NCBI GenBank assembly: GCA_037969415.1
Contig: JBBKXI010000024.1
Location: 1-42,643 of the forward strand
Direction of reading: 5' to 3'
DNA length: 42,643 bases
Origin: Acidimicrobiia bacterium
Lineage (GTDB): Bacteria; Actinomycetota; Acidimicrobiia; Spongiisociales; ZC4RG35
In this document: positions 25,820-35,622 of the stretch, in pieces
Numbering within the stretch: the stretch's first letter is position 1
How the letters are laid out: every line of letters begins with the position of its first letter
Notes under the pieces: model-generated
What the model was told of the DNA's origin: nothing
Databases searched by the model: none
Seen by the model: the letters and a program-made list of their open reading frames with translations, nothing else
Position numbers and translations under genes: made by a program

Positions 25820-28762
25820 ATGATTGAGGAACGGCGTCTCGAACCTGACCAATGGGGCGAGGAGCTAACGCAACCGGATGGCTACCAGTTGGTGGTTGCA
25901 GGCCCTGGAACTGGGAAGACTGAGTTCCTGGTCCGGCGGGTGGTCTCGATCGTCGAGTCGGGCCAGGCAACCCGAGACCAGATTCTGGTCCTCACCTTCT
26001 CCCGCCGAGCGGCTCGCGAGATCGGAAACCGAATCGAATCAGCCCTGGGCGGATCAACCATCCCGATCGAAGCAACCACATTTCATTCCCTCGCATTGCG
26101 TATCGTCGAAACGTCGAGATCGGGGGCGGCGCCGCAACCACTGACCACTCCGGAGCAGGTGGGATTGGTCAAAGATCTTCTCAAATCAGACGATCCGAGC
26201 AATTGGCCGCTCACCTACCGGGGAATCCTGGGAACCAGGGGGTTCGCCGAAGAGGTCGCGGACTTCCTCATGCGCTGTGCCGAGCGACTTCTCGGACCCG
26301 ACGAACTCGAAGCACGGGCGGCCAATCGCGCCGACTGGCAGGGCATTCCCGCCTTCTACAGACGATATCTCAATCAACTCGGCGAGGTTGACCGAATCGA
26401 CTACGGCGCTTTGCTGGTGGGGGCGGTGGATATCCTCGGGCAGGAATCGGGGCGCGACATCATTCCTAACTATCGATACGTTCTCGTCGACGAGTACCAG
26501 GACACGTCTCCGGCGCAGGCAGAGATGGCCCACTTGTTATCGGCTCCCCACGGCAATCTCACGGTGAGCGGCGACCCTTACCAGTCGATCTATTCGTTCC
26601 GGGGTGCTGAGCTGCGAAACATCGCCGACTTCCAGAACCGACACGAACAGGTGCGACGGATCGTCCTCAACAGGAGCTTCCGGGTACCGGAAGAGATCAT
26701 GAACTCGGCGTTGCGGGTGGTCAGCGAAGGGGACCTACCAGGTGGAGCAGGGGCGGTACACCCCGCACCACACCATGGACGGGTCGAAACGTATATCTTT
26801 GACCAGGAAACCGCCGAAGCCGAATGGATCGCTTCCCAGATCGAACGGTCGATACACGTCGACGGAAACGACCCGGGCGAACTAGCAATTCTGGTCCGCT
26901 CCAAGCGGGAGATGCTCAATGAGATCAGCCGGTCCCTCGACCGTCGCCAAATCCCTCACAACAGGCCAGACCGCCGTCTCGTCGATCACCCCGCCATCAA
27001 ACTGATCTCAGATCTAGTTGCCCTCGCCGCACATCATGGAGACGACGCCGACGACTTTGGGACCACAGATCAGGTTGCTCGCCGGCTCCTCCTTGGCCCG
27101 CTGGTTGGGATGACACTCGGCGAACTTCGCACCATCACCGGCACCCGAAATCGGGAAGGCTCCTGGATCGGCGCCTTCCAGCAAACCGACGCCGTCACCG
27201 ATCTCGTTCCAATCCTCCAGGAGTCCGATTGGGCCATCACGACGACCGCGTCCGACGGGTTTTGGAGACTATGGACTTCCTCGGGCCGATTCAACCGGTT
27301 CGTCGACAACCCGGAACGCCAGGAATGGCGGTCAGCCCTTGCCTCCTTTGCACAGGTCGTTGATCGGCAGGCCGACCGCGACCCGACGGTGACCCTGCAG
27401 CGATTCTTCGAACTGGCCGAAGACGAGGCTTTCGAAGCCACCCCGCTGCTCAGCCATCGCGGGCGCGAGTCAGCAGTCGTCCTCACCACTTTGCATCAAG
27501 CCAAAGGTCTCGAGTTCAAAGAGGTTTTTATTGCAAATGCAGTGGAAGGAGTCTTCCCCGACCTGCGAAGGAGTCGGCGAATGTTGCGTCCAGAGTTGCT
27601 CTCGCCAGAACGCACCACCGATCCGTCTGCCGTTTCCCAGTTCCAGGTCCAAGAAGAAATGAGGCTGGCGTACACAGCAATGACGCGTGCCTCGCTGCGG
27701 GTGGTCTGGACAGCTACAGACGCCGGCATCGACCAGGGCGAACAGCGACCATCACGTTTTCTCGTCGCCGCCTCGGGCCACACATCGCTGTCCGATATCG
27801 GTCGCCCACAATCAACTGAACAGCCACCGATCACAGTCGGGGAGGCCGAGACCCGTCTCCGGCGTGATGCTGCCGACCCTGCCCTCGCCCCGGCCGCCCG
27901 GCTCGCCGCGGTAGCCACTCTGGCAAAATCACCGGTTTCTAGATGGGAGGCGGGCCGATTCGCCGGTCTTCCCGAAAAGGGTCCCGATCAGCCGATCCTG
28001 GACAAAAAACCGTCAATGTCTCCCAGCCAGGCAGATAGCTACTCACGGTGCCCCCGGGTCTATGCGATCGAGCGGCGATTACAAATCGGCGACCCAACTT
28101 CGGTGTACGCCACTTCGGGAACCCTGATCCACACTGCCCTGGAACGTGCCGAAAACGAGATCGTGGGGACCGGGAAAGTTCACGGCAATGTGGACGTGGC
28201 CCTTGGCTATCTCCGGGAAGAATGGAAATCGGTCGACTTCGGGACCGACGCCCTAAACCAGGCATGGTTGGCCAGCGCCGAACGCAAGGTGTCCAACCTT
28301 TACGAAAAGTGGCCGGCAAATAGCGGCCCCCCGGTCGAACTAGAGAAGCAGGTCACTCTTGAAGTGGATGGTGTCCTCTGGCGGGGGGTAATCGACCGGC
28401 TCGAGTTAACGGACGCTGGTTATCGCATCGTTGACTACAAGACGGGCAATAGCGCCATCAAGGTGAACGACGCCAAAGAGTCAATTCAACTCGGGTTCTA
28501 CGCCCTGGCAGTGAATGCCATGAGCGAGGGGGTTCCGGTCGTCGCCGCCGAACTCTGGTATCCAGCCGAGAAGTCAGTCAGTCTGACCACCAGGACGCTC
28601 GATCTCGCCAACCTCGCAAAGATCGAGGAGAAGATGCGCGAGGTCACGGCAGCAATCAGTTCTGAAGTGTGGACACCGAAGGTTTCCGTTTTGTGCAACC
28701 GTTGCGCCTTCAAGACTTCTTGTCCTGCGTGGCCCGAAGGCAAAGGGGCATTTGTGGCATGA
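25820..28762 (+). CDS. adnA: AdnA-like UvrD helicase-RecB nuclease subunit
   Basis: AGPGTGKT, VDEYQD, GDPYQSIYSFRGA, TTLHQAKGLEF, EEMRLAYTAMTRA; nuclease GVIDRL..VDYKTG with 4 Cys; ATG 25820 7 nt after TACGAT. Confidence 0.88.
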   Translation: MIEERRLEPDQWGEELTQPDGYQLVVAGPGTGKTEFLVRRVVSIVESGQATRDQILVLTFSRRAAREIGNRIESALGGSTIPIEATTFHSLALRIVETSRSGAAPQPLTTPEQVGLVKDLLKSDDPSNWPLTYRGILGTRGFAEEVADFLMRCAERLLGPDELEARAANRADWQGIPAFYRRYLNQLGEVDRIDYGALLVGAVDILGQESGRDIIPNYRYVLVDEYQDTSPAQAEMAHLLSAPHGNLTVSGDPYQSIYSFRGAELRNIADFQNRHEQVRRIVLNRSFRVPEEIMNSALRVVSEGDLPGGAGAVHPAPHHGRVETYIFDQETAEAEWIASQIERSIHVDGNDPGELAILVRSKREMLNEISRSLDRRQIPHNRPDRRLVDHPAIKLISDLVALAAHHGDDADDFGTTDQVARRLLLGPLVGMTLGELRTITGTRNREGSWIGAFQQTDAVTDLVPILQESDWAITTTASDGFWRLWTSSGRFNRFVDNPERQEWRSALASFAQVVDRQADRDPTVTLQRFFELAEDEAFEATPLLSHRGRESAVVLTTLHQAKGLEFKEVFIANAVEGVFPDLRRSRRMLRPELLSPERTTDPSAVSQFQVQEEMRLAYTAMTRASLRVVWTATDAGIDQGEQRPSRFLVAASGHTSLSDIGRPQSTEQPPITVGEAETRLRRDAADPALAPAARLAAVATLAKSPVSRWEAGRFAGLPEKGPDQPILDKKPSMSPSQADSYSRCPRVYAIERRLQIGDPTSVYATSGTLIHTALERAENEIVGTGKVHGNVDVALGYLREEWKSVDFGTDALNQAWLASAERKVSNLYEKWPANSGPPVELEKQVTLEVDGVLWRGVIDRLELTDAGYRIVDYKTGNSAIKVNDAKESIQLGFYALAVNAMSEGVPVVAAELWYPAEKSVSLTTRTLDLANLAKIEEKMREVTAAISSEVWTPKVSVLCNRCAFKTSCPAWPEGKGAFVA

Positions 28763-31700
28763 ACGGACTAACCCCAACTCCCGAACAGCAAGCAATCCTC
28801 GACCTCGGGCTCGATTCGATTCGAGTGTCAGCCGGGGCCGGAACCGGGAAGACTACGACGGTGGCCATGGCGATTTCCAACCTTATCGCCAACCACGAAA
28901 TCGAACCAGAACACGTCCTGGGTATGACATTTACCAACAAGGCGGCGTCCGAATTGGCCGACCGGGTCAGAACTTTTCTCGGGGTGGGAGTCGATCCCGG
29001 CAGAGAGGTGGAGGTGCATACCTATCACGGATTTGCCGCCCAGATTCTCAGCGAATTCGGGCTTCTCGCTGGGTTGGAACAGCGGCCCGAAGTTATCACC
29101 CCGACCTTTTCTCGCCAGCTCCTCAGTGAGACATTCTTGAACACCGAATACCACGAGATTGATATCACCTGGTCGGGGCGGCTCGACCAGGTGAAACAAC
29201 TAGGCGACCGGCTCGGAGACCACCTGCTCGAACCGACCGATCTGCTCAATAGCGCGCATCCGGACGAAAAGCCATGGCCGGAGCGGGTTGAGATGCTGGA
29301 AACCTTGCAGAAGTACCAGAAAAACAAAAAGACTCTGAGCGTCGTTGACTATGCCGATTTGATCTCGCTGTCCACAAGACTCGTCGCCTCCGATGCGAGT
29401 GTCGCCACAACCATCCGGGACCGCTACAAGGTGGTGGTCCTCGACGAATATCAGGACACCAATCCTGCCCAGCGAGTCTTACTCACCACCTTGTTTGGCA
29501 ACGGGTTTCCAGTTATTGCGGTCGGCGATGTCGATCAGACGATCTACGAATGGCGGGGGGCCTCCGCCGAGAACTTCGACAAGTTCCCCCAACATTTCAA
29601 GCGCCCGGATGGCTCGGTCCCATTGCTCAGGGAACTCACCGACAATTACCGGTCGGGGCAAGCGATCCTCGATGTGGCAAACCAGATCCGCCTTCAAGCC
29701 AATCCCGATGCCGCTGCTCTCCGGAGCCCCAACCGGAGCGACGGTTTGATAGAGACCCGGTGGGCGGGCGACGCCATGATCGAAGCGGAGTGGCTGGCAC
29801 GCCGATTTGAAGAAATCCACGAAGCCGGAACCCCGTGGTCAGAAATGGCTGTGTTATTCCGAAAGAACAAAGACTTCGCCATGATTGTTGAAGCCTTCGC
29901 CGATCACGAGATCCCCATCGAGGTCGCCAACCTCGGCGGACTGATGTCTATCCCAGAGATCGCCGAGATCAAGGCCTGGATGACTCTTCTCGCCCGACCG
30001 GGAGATGCGGCATCAGCCCTTCAGATTCTCACCGGCAGCCGCTACCGGCTCGGCCTGGCCGACCTTGCACCCATCTCGCGATGGATCGCGGCTAACTCGA
30101 ATTCCCCCGCCGATGTTCTCCCTCCAATCACATTCATGGAAGGCATCGAAGCTCTCGACCACATCGAAGGTCTCCGCGACGACGCCCGGTTCGGATATCA
30201 GCATTTCATCCGGATATATCTCGACCTTGTCAGGGAAACACAGGGTGCCTCATTAGTGGAGGTTGCCCGTTTGATTCTGGACCGAACCCGGGCCTGGCCG
30301 GACATCGAAGCTCTCCCGGAAGTGGCCCGTCTCACCGCACGGCTCAATATCTACCGTTTTCTCGACCTCGCCGAGGATTGGAGCCCGTTGCGGGGAAGAT
30401 CGTCGTTGGCTGTGTTTCTTGATTATCTCGACGCCATGGAGCAGGAGCCAGCGGAGGAACTCGACGCCGCCCGGCTCAGCGGAGAAGATGCGGTGACCCT
30501 GGTCACGGTGCATCGGGCCAAGGGCCTGGAATGGGAGGTTGTGGCGATTCCGGCGGTCACCGAAGGAAACTTCCCGTCCGGGTCTCGCATGCACCCCGAT
30601 CCGAAACATCCAAGCGTGCTCCCTGTTGAGTACCGAGTCGACTCGATGTTCGAGCAGATGCCCCTCGACGAGAACGAGCGGAAAGCGTTTTTCCAGGAGC
30701 TAAATCTCAACCAGGAATGGCGGGTTGCCTATGTTGCCGCGACCCGTGCCAAGTCGCGCCTTCTGGTGTCGGGGGCCTACTGGTACGGACATCCGGAAAC
30801 CACAGTCAATCCCAAGGACCCTTCGCCATTGTTCGACCTAATCAGTTCTCACCCCCACAGCCACAATGCCGGCAAGGACGACGTTCCCGATCGGCCCGAA
30901 CTGTTACGTCGCGCACAACCAGATGGTGAACCCGACCCGCTGTTCCCGGAAGGTTGGCGCTCATCGCTTCGAAGCGCCATCACCGACCCCGACCACATTT
31001 CCTCTCTCGCCCGCAACCTCGACCTCGAATCGGACGTCACTGTGAATGAAACTGAATGGACCGAGCGGTTGTTCGAACTCCCCGACGCTTTAGAGCTCGA
31101 AGAGAGTCCTGATACGACGACGGTTTCTGTCACCGCGTTGGTCACCTACGCCGGTTGCCCGAAACAATATTTCTGGTCTGAAGTCGATCGGCTCCCCCGG
31201 CGTCGCAACCCGGCAGCCGTGGCCGGGACCGAGGTCCACCGGCGGATCGAACTCCACCAGAAGGGGGCGATTCCATTCGAAGAGCTCTCCCGCGAGATCT
31301 ACGACGTTCCCGACGGCGACTACCGCCCGGGTGCCTTTCGCACCTTCGAGTCATCTCGATTCGCATCCACTCCCGCAGCACGGGTCGAGGCACCCTTCAC
31401 ACTCGCAGTGAGCGAGCAGGTGAAGGTGCGGGGTCGCATCGACGCCATCTACGACGACGACGGGGTCTGGGAGATAGTTGATTTCAAGAGCGGCCGGCCA
31501 GGTAATAATCCGGCACGCCAAGTTCAACTCGAGGCATACGCCGTTGCGTGCTCGGATGTCGACTTCGGGCTAAACCCTTTGAAGTCAATGACTGTGACTT
31601 TCGCCTACCTCGGCGACGGGCTCACCGAGGAATCATCCGAAGTTGACGAATCGTGGCTCAGCTCTGCCCGGAAGCATTTGGAAGAATTGGGTGCCGGAAT

Positions 31701-31797
31701 TGTACAACAAGACTTTTTCCCCACTCCGTCGCCGCAATGCCAGGGATGTGACTTTCTCCAGTTCTGTAGCGCCGGCCAGGCATACTTGAAACAGTGA
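28759..31797 (+). CDS. adnB: AdnB-like UvrD helicase-RecB nuclease subunit
   Basis: AGAGTGKT, LDEYQDTN, GDVDQTIYEWRGA, NYRS, TVHRAKGLEW, YVAATRAK; nuclease RGRIDAI..VDFKSG, QLEAY; ATGA overlap with adnA. Confidence 0.9.
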   Translation: MNGLTPTPEQQAILDLGLDSIRVSAGAGTGKTTTVAMAISNLIANHEIEPEHVLGMTFTNKAASELADRVRTFLGVGVDPGREVEVHTYHGFAAQILSEFGLLAGLEQRPEVITPTFSRQLLSETFLNTEYHEIDITWSGRLDQVKQLGDRLGDHLLEPTDLLNSAHPDEKPWPERVEMLETLQKYQKNKKTLSVVDYADLISLSTRLVASDASVATTIRDRYKVVVLDEYQDTNPAQRVLLTTLFGNGFPVIAVGDVDQTIYEWRGASAENFDKFPQHFKRPDGSVPLLRELTDNYRSGQAILDVANQIRLQANPDAAALRSPNRSDGLIETRWAGDAMIEAEWLARRFEEIHEAGTPWSEMAVLFRKNKDFAMIVEAFADHEIPIEVANLGGLMSIPEIAEIKAWMTLLARPGDAASALQILTGSRYRLGLADLAPISRWIAANSNSPADVLPPITFMEGIEALDHIEGLRDDARFGYQHFIRIYLDLVRETQGASLVEVARLILDRTRAWPDIEALPEVARLTARLNIYRFLDLAEDWSPLRGRSSLAVFLDYLDAMEQEPAEELDAARLSGEDAVTLVTVHRAKGLEWEVVAIPAVTEGNFPSGSRMHPDPKHPSVLPVEYRVDSMFEQMPLDENERKAFFQELNLNQEWRVAYVAATRAKSRLLVSGAYWYGHPETTVNPKDPSPLFDLISSHPHSHNAGKDDVPDRPELLRRAQPDGEPDPLFPEGWRSSLRSAITDPDHISSLARNLDLESDVTVNETEWTERLFELPDALELEESPDTTTVSVTALVTYAGCPKQYFWSEVDRLPRRRNPAAVAGTEVHRRIELHQKGAIPFEELSREIYDVPDGDYRPGAFRTFESSRFASTPAARVEAPFTLAVSEQVKVRGRIDAIYDDDGVWEIVDFKSGRPGNNPARQVQLEAYAVACSDVDFGLNPLKSMTVTFAYLGDGLTEESSEVDESWLSSARKHLEELGAGIVQQDFFPTPSPQCQGCDFLQFCSAGQAYLKQ

Positions 31798-32396
31798 CAC
31801 TTCTCTTCTCCGGTCTGTTCGGGTATTTGATCGGTTCGCTTCCCACTGCCAACGCGATCGCCCGCCTGCGCCACGTCGATCTACGCCAGTCGGGTTCAGG
31901 CAACCCGGGCACTAACAATGCCCGTAAGCTCGGAGGCCTTGGTCTCGCCGCACCGATCCTCGTCATTGAATTCCTCAAAGGAGTGGCTTGCGTCACCATC
32001 GGCGGGTTAATCGCGGGCGACGCAGGTTCCGTGGTTGCCGGTGCCTCTGCGATCGCAGGCAATGTCTTCAACGTTTGGTATCGATTTGCCGGAGGCAAGG
32101 GCTTGGCGATCACCGGAGGTGTCCTGCTGGCACTCTGGCCAGCAGGATTCGTCGTGCTCGTGGCGACGATCGCTGTCGGTGCAATGCTCACCAAATCGAC
32201 CGGGACAGCCTCGCTGATTGCCATCGTTGCGATGATCGTCATGGCGATATTGTGGGTGGCCGAGCAGTGGCCCCACGCTTGGGGAATCGAGGATGTCGCC
32301 CTCCTCCCCTGTTTTGCGATCGCTGCCGGAGTGATCGTCGCCCCGAAACACCTACTCGATACCCGAAACCGGCTTAGAGAATCTTCCCGTCCCTGA
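31794..32396 (+). CDS. plsY: Glycerol-3-phosphate acyltransferase PlsY-like membrane protein
   Basis: GYLIGSLP, DLRQSGSGNPGTNN, FLKG, FAGGKG; some motifs diverged. Confidence 0.85.
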   Translation: MTLLFSGLFGYLIGSLPTANAIARLRHVDLRQSGSGNPGTNNARKLGGLGLAAPILVIEFLKGVACVTIGGLIAGDAGSVVAGASAIAGNVFNVWYRFAGGKGLAITGGVLLALWPAGFVVLVATIAVGAMLTKSTGTASLIAIVAMIVMAILWVAEQWPHAWGIEDVALLPCFAIAAGVIVAPKHLLDTRNRLRESSRP

Positions 32397-32829
32397 AATC
32401 CATCGTCAACGTCACCGGCCCTTCGTTGACCAGGTCGACTTCCATCATTGAACCGAATTCCCCTGTTGCTACGTCGATTCCCCGGTCGCGGAACGATTCG
32501 ACCATCCCTTCGACGAGCTTACGCGCCCGGTCTGGATCTCCTGCTCCGGAGAACGAGGGCCGCCGCCCCCGGGAGATATCAGCGAGAAGCGTGAACTGAC
32601 TGATGACCAGAACTCCGCCCCCGGTGTCAAGCACGGATCGGTTCATCAGGCCCGAAGCGTCAGAGAAGACCCTCAAACCGGCGATTTTGTCAACGGCGGC
32701 CTCGACGTCGGCCACCATGTCATCCGGCCCGATTCCCACCAATAGACACAGGCCCGGCCCTATCGAACCGACCACGTTCCCTGCCACGGAGACCGCGGCA
32801 CGGCTGACCCTCTGGAGCACTACCTTCAC
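32374..32829 (-). CDS. dtd: D-aminoacyl-tRNA deacylase
   Basis: VVLQRV, SQFTL, GRRPSF, NEGPVT (Gly-cisPro motif); GTG start at 32829. Confidence 0.95.
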   Translation of the reverse strand: MKVVLQRVSRAAVSVAGNVVGSIGPGLCLLVGIGPDDMVADVEAAVDKIAGLRVFSDASGLMNRSVLDTGGGVLVISQFTLLADISRGRRPSFSGAGDPDRARKLVEGMVESFRDRGIDVATGEFGSMMEVDLVNEGPVTLTMDFRDGKIL

Positions 32830-32863
32830 GACGAGCATTGTGCCATCCAATAGAGTGTGAATC

Positions 32864-35140
32864 GTGGCGAGAAAACCTATCCCGGTCGAGCAAGACATCA
32901 CAGGTCCGGCCGACGCAAGAACGGTCTACCTGCTGGATGTCGCCACCGACTACGAGGAGGCGATCCTCAGAGATTGGCTAGCCCGATCACTGGGAACGGA
33001 ACCACGCAGCATCCGCATCAGATCCTCGCGTCGAGGGAAGGGCGGTGATGCGGACGCTTTGGATGAGATACTCACCACAGAACCCGATGCATTCATGATG
33101 CCGGTGCGGGTCCTCTGGATGCCGCCAGAGAGGTCGGGGAAGCGATCGGTGCGGTGGTCCGATCTGATTCTCAAATTCGGTGATCCCCGTGACCCACGGG
33201 GTATACGGCCTCATCTAATACGGAACTTCCGTAAGGATCGGGTGGCTTGCATAGTTGGAGCCGGCGCACCGGTGCTCGAGATGGCTGAAGCGCACGATGC
33301 CAGCGGCACCCTCGACAGCATTTCATCATTTGTGACCCGGAGAGCATGGCGGGCACTCGACGCCAGAGAGCGACAAATACGGGGAAACCGCTACAAGACG
33401 CCCCGATTTGTCCCCGAGGCCATTTTTTCCAGGCGTTCCTTCCAGGAGGACGTACAGCGGATTGCGGCCGAAACGGGCATTAGTCCAGAGGCGGCTGAAA
33501 AGAAAGCGGCGCGATATCTCAAGGAGATCGCCGCGACTCACAGCCCTCTGGTAATCGACCTCGTCGCCAACGCAATTCATAAGCTGTACCGACAGGGATA
33601 TGGTCAGATCGAGTATCAACCGGACCAGGTCAAACGACTCGCCGAATACGGCCAGATTCACCCGGTCGTTTTTCTTCCGGCCCACCGATCCAATATGGAC
33701 CGACTCAGCCTCCAGTTCATGCTCTGGGAGAACGATCTACCTCCCAACCACACGGCCGGCGGGATCAATCTCAATTTCTTTCCCATAGGGCCGTTGGTCC
33801 GTCGCACCGGTGTCTTTTTTATCCGACGCTCATTTCGAGACAATCACTTATACAAGGCTGTGCTACAAAACTATCTCGACTATCTGATTGAGAAGCGATT
33901 CAACCTGGAGTGGTATCTCGAAGGTGGCAGATCTCGGTCCGGTCGTCTCCTGCCCCCGAAATTGGGCATGCTCAATTACGTCGTCGACGCCCAGCGCCGG
34001 GGCAAGGCAGACGACGTGCTCTTGATTCCTATCAGCATTGCCTACGACCAGATCCAGGATGTCCCTGACTACGCCCGCGAAGCTCAAGGAGGGGACAAGG
34101 AGAAGGAATCGATAGGCTGGTTGTTCAAGGCGGTCAAGTCGATGCGACAGCGCTATGGCGACATACATATCAAATTCGCCGAGCCGGTGTCGGTGCGGGC
34201 CTTCACCGAGGACACCACTGAGGCAGAATCGCTTGCCGTTCCCAAAATGGCATTTGAAGTGATGTATCGGATCGGCAAGGTAACCCCGGTTACGCCCACG
34301 GCCATGGTTTCAATCACTCTGTTGGCGGCGCAAGGTAAAGCGAAGACCGCCGCACAGATAGCCGACCAATGCGCAGCTTTGATGAGGTACATCGAAGACC
34401 GAGCCATTCCGATATCTGAGGACATGAGACTCCACGAACCCGAACAAGTGGCATTGGTTCTCGATTGGTTGGAGCAGAACGAGAACGTCTCATCGCATGA
34501 GGCACTGGGTCGACGCGTTTACTGGCTCAACGATGAACAGATGTTGCGGATCTCCTATTACCGGAATGTGGTAGTTCACCACTTCCTCAACCGCTCCATC
34601 GCCGAAGTCGCGCTGTCGAGCCTCAAAGAGTCAGCGACGATATCGGTCGATGCGTTTAATCAGACAGCCCTCGAACTGCGAGACCTCCTCAAATTCGAAT
34701 TCTTCTTCCCGGAGAAGGGCGAATTTCTGGAAAACGTCGCCAGGGATCTAGAGATCGATATTCCAGGATGGAGAAACATGCTGGTCTCAAGCGGGCCGGA
34801 GCCCTTGATCGAGAAAATCGGGCAGCCGATGAGCCGATGGGCCCTGGTTCCATTCCTCGATGCCTACCAAGTCGTGGCGGACGAACTAGTGGCGACGGGC
34901 AAAACCTACTCGGAGAAGAAATTCCTCAAAGCAGCACTCGACCGGGCCCATATGTATCGGATCGAAGATGAAACGATCGCCGGGGAGAGCGCGAGTCAGG
35001 TCTTGTTTAAATCTGCCCTCGCCCTTGCCGACAATCGCGGACTACTCGATGGTCCCGATAGATCCACGCTCAGGGAAAACTTTGCGGAGGAAATAAGCCG
35101 AGCCCGAACCTTTGCCCGCTCAGGACACACCGACGGCTAA
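32864..35140 (+). CDS. plsB: Glycerol-3-phosphate 1-O-acyltransferase PlsB
   Basis: HRSNMD (HX4D), GGINL, FFIRRSF, YLEGGRSRSG, IPISIAYD, YYRN. Confidence 0.9.
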   Translation: MARKPIPVEQDITGPADARTVYLLDVATDYEEAILRDWLARSLGTEPRSIRIRSSRRGKGGDADALDEILTTEPDAFMMPVRVLWMPPERSGKRSVRWSDLILKFGDPRDPRGIRPHLIRNFRKDRVACIVGAGAPVLEMAEAHDASGTLDSISSFVTRRAWRALDARERQIRGNRYKTPRFVPEAIFSRRSFQEDVQRIAAETGISPEAAEKKAARYLKEIAATHSPLVIDLVANAIHKLYRQGYGQIEYQPDQVKRLAEYGQIHPVVFLPAHRSNMDRLSLQFMLWENDLPPNHTAGGINLNFFPIGPLVRRTGVFFIRRSFRDNHLYKAVLQNYLDYLIEKRFNLEWYLEGGRSRSGRLLPPKLGMLNYVVDAQRRGKADDVLLIPISIAYDQIQDVPDYAREAQGGDKEKESIGWLFKAVKSMRQRYGDIHIKFAEPVSVRAFTEDTTEAESLAVPKMAFEVMYRIGKVTPVTPTAMVSITLLAAQGKAKTAAQIADQCAALMRYIEDRAIPISEDMRLHEPEQVALVLDWLEQNENVSSHEALGRRVYWLNDEQMLRISYYRNVVVHHFLNRSIAEVALSSLKESATISVDAFNQTALELRDLLKFEFFFPEKGEFLENVARDLEIDIPGWRNMLVSSGPEPLIEKIGQPMSRWALVPFLDAYQVVADELVATGKTYSEKKFLKAALDRAHMYRIEDETIAGESASQVLFKSALALADNRGLLDGPDRSTLRENFAEEISRARTFARSGHTDG

Positions 35141-35622
35141 GGCTTATTCCGATATTTTTCTTTGGCGAGCCGGATCCGTTCCTCCGAGCTCATCGGTTTC
35201 CCGGGCTCGAAGTCTTCCAGACTCAGATCCTCAACTGCAGGCAGGTCTCCGGGCCGATAAACTTCTTCGACGGCCGGTAACTCAGGTATTTCGACGATTG
35301 GTGGAGCGGTTCGTGGCGCTGCCTTCGGTTTTACAGGCGGCGTTTGTGGGACTGGTGGACTTTGCGGCGGGGGTTTGAGCGGAATCTGGACCTGCCCGCC
35401 ATCGGATTTGGCAGCCTTCGCCCTACGACGAAACGAACCCCCGATGAAGAGGAGCACCAGACCGGGAATCATGGCCCCACTGATGTCAAAACCGACACCA
35501 TCTCCTCCGGAGAAGTTTTGAATCTGATTGAAAAGGGCCGAGCCCAGGAGGAAGATCCCCATCAAGGTAAACACCCGGGCAAGGCAACCTGCCGCGCTCG
35601 CGTCGACCTTCTTTTCAGCCAT
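35137..35622 (-). CDS. Hypothetical membrane protein (2 TM + Pro-rich/acidic tail)
   Basis: ATG overlaps radical SAM stop (TGATG); two hydrophobic helices then Pro-rich linker. Confidence 0.75.
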   Translation of the reverse strand: MAEKKVDASAAGCLARVFTLMGIFLLGSALFNQIQNFSGGDGVGFDISGAMIPGLVLLFIGGSFRRRAKAAKSDGGQVQIPLKPPPQSPPVPQTPPVKPKAAPRTAPPIVEIPELPAVEEVYRPGDLPAVEDLSLEDFEPGKPMSSEERIRLAKEKYRNKP

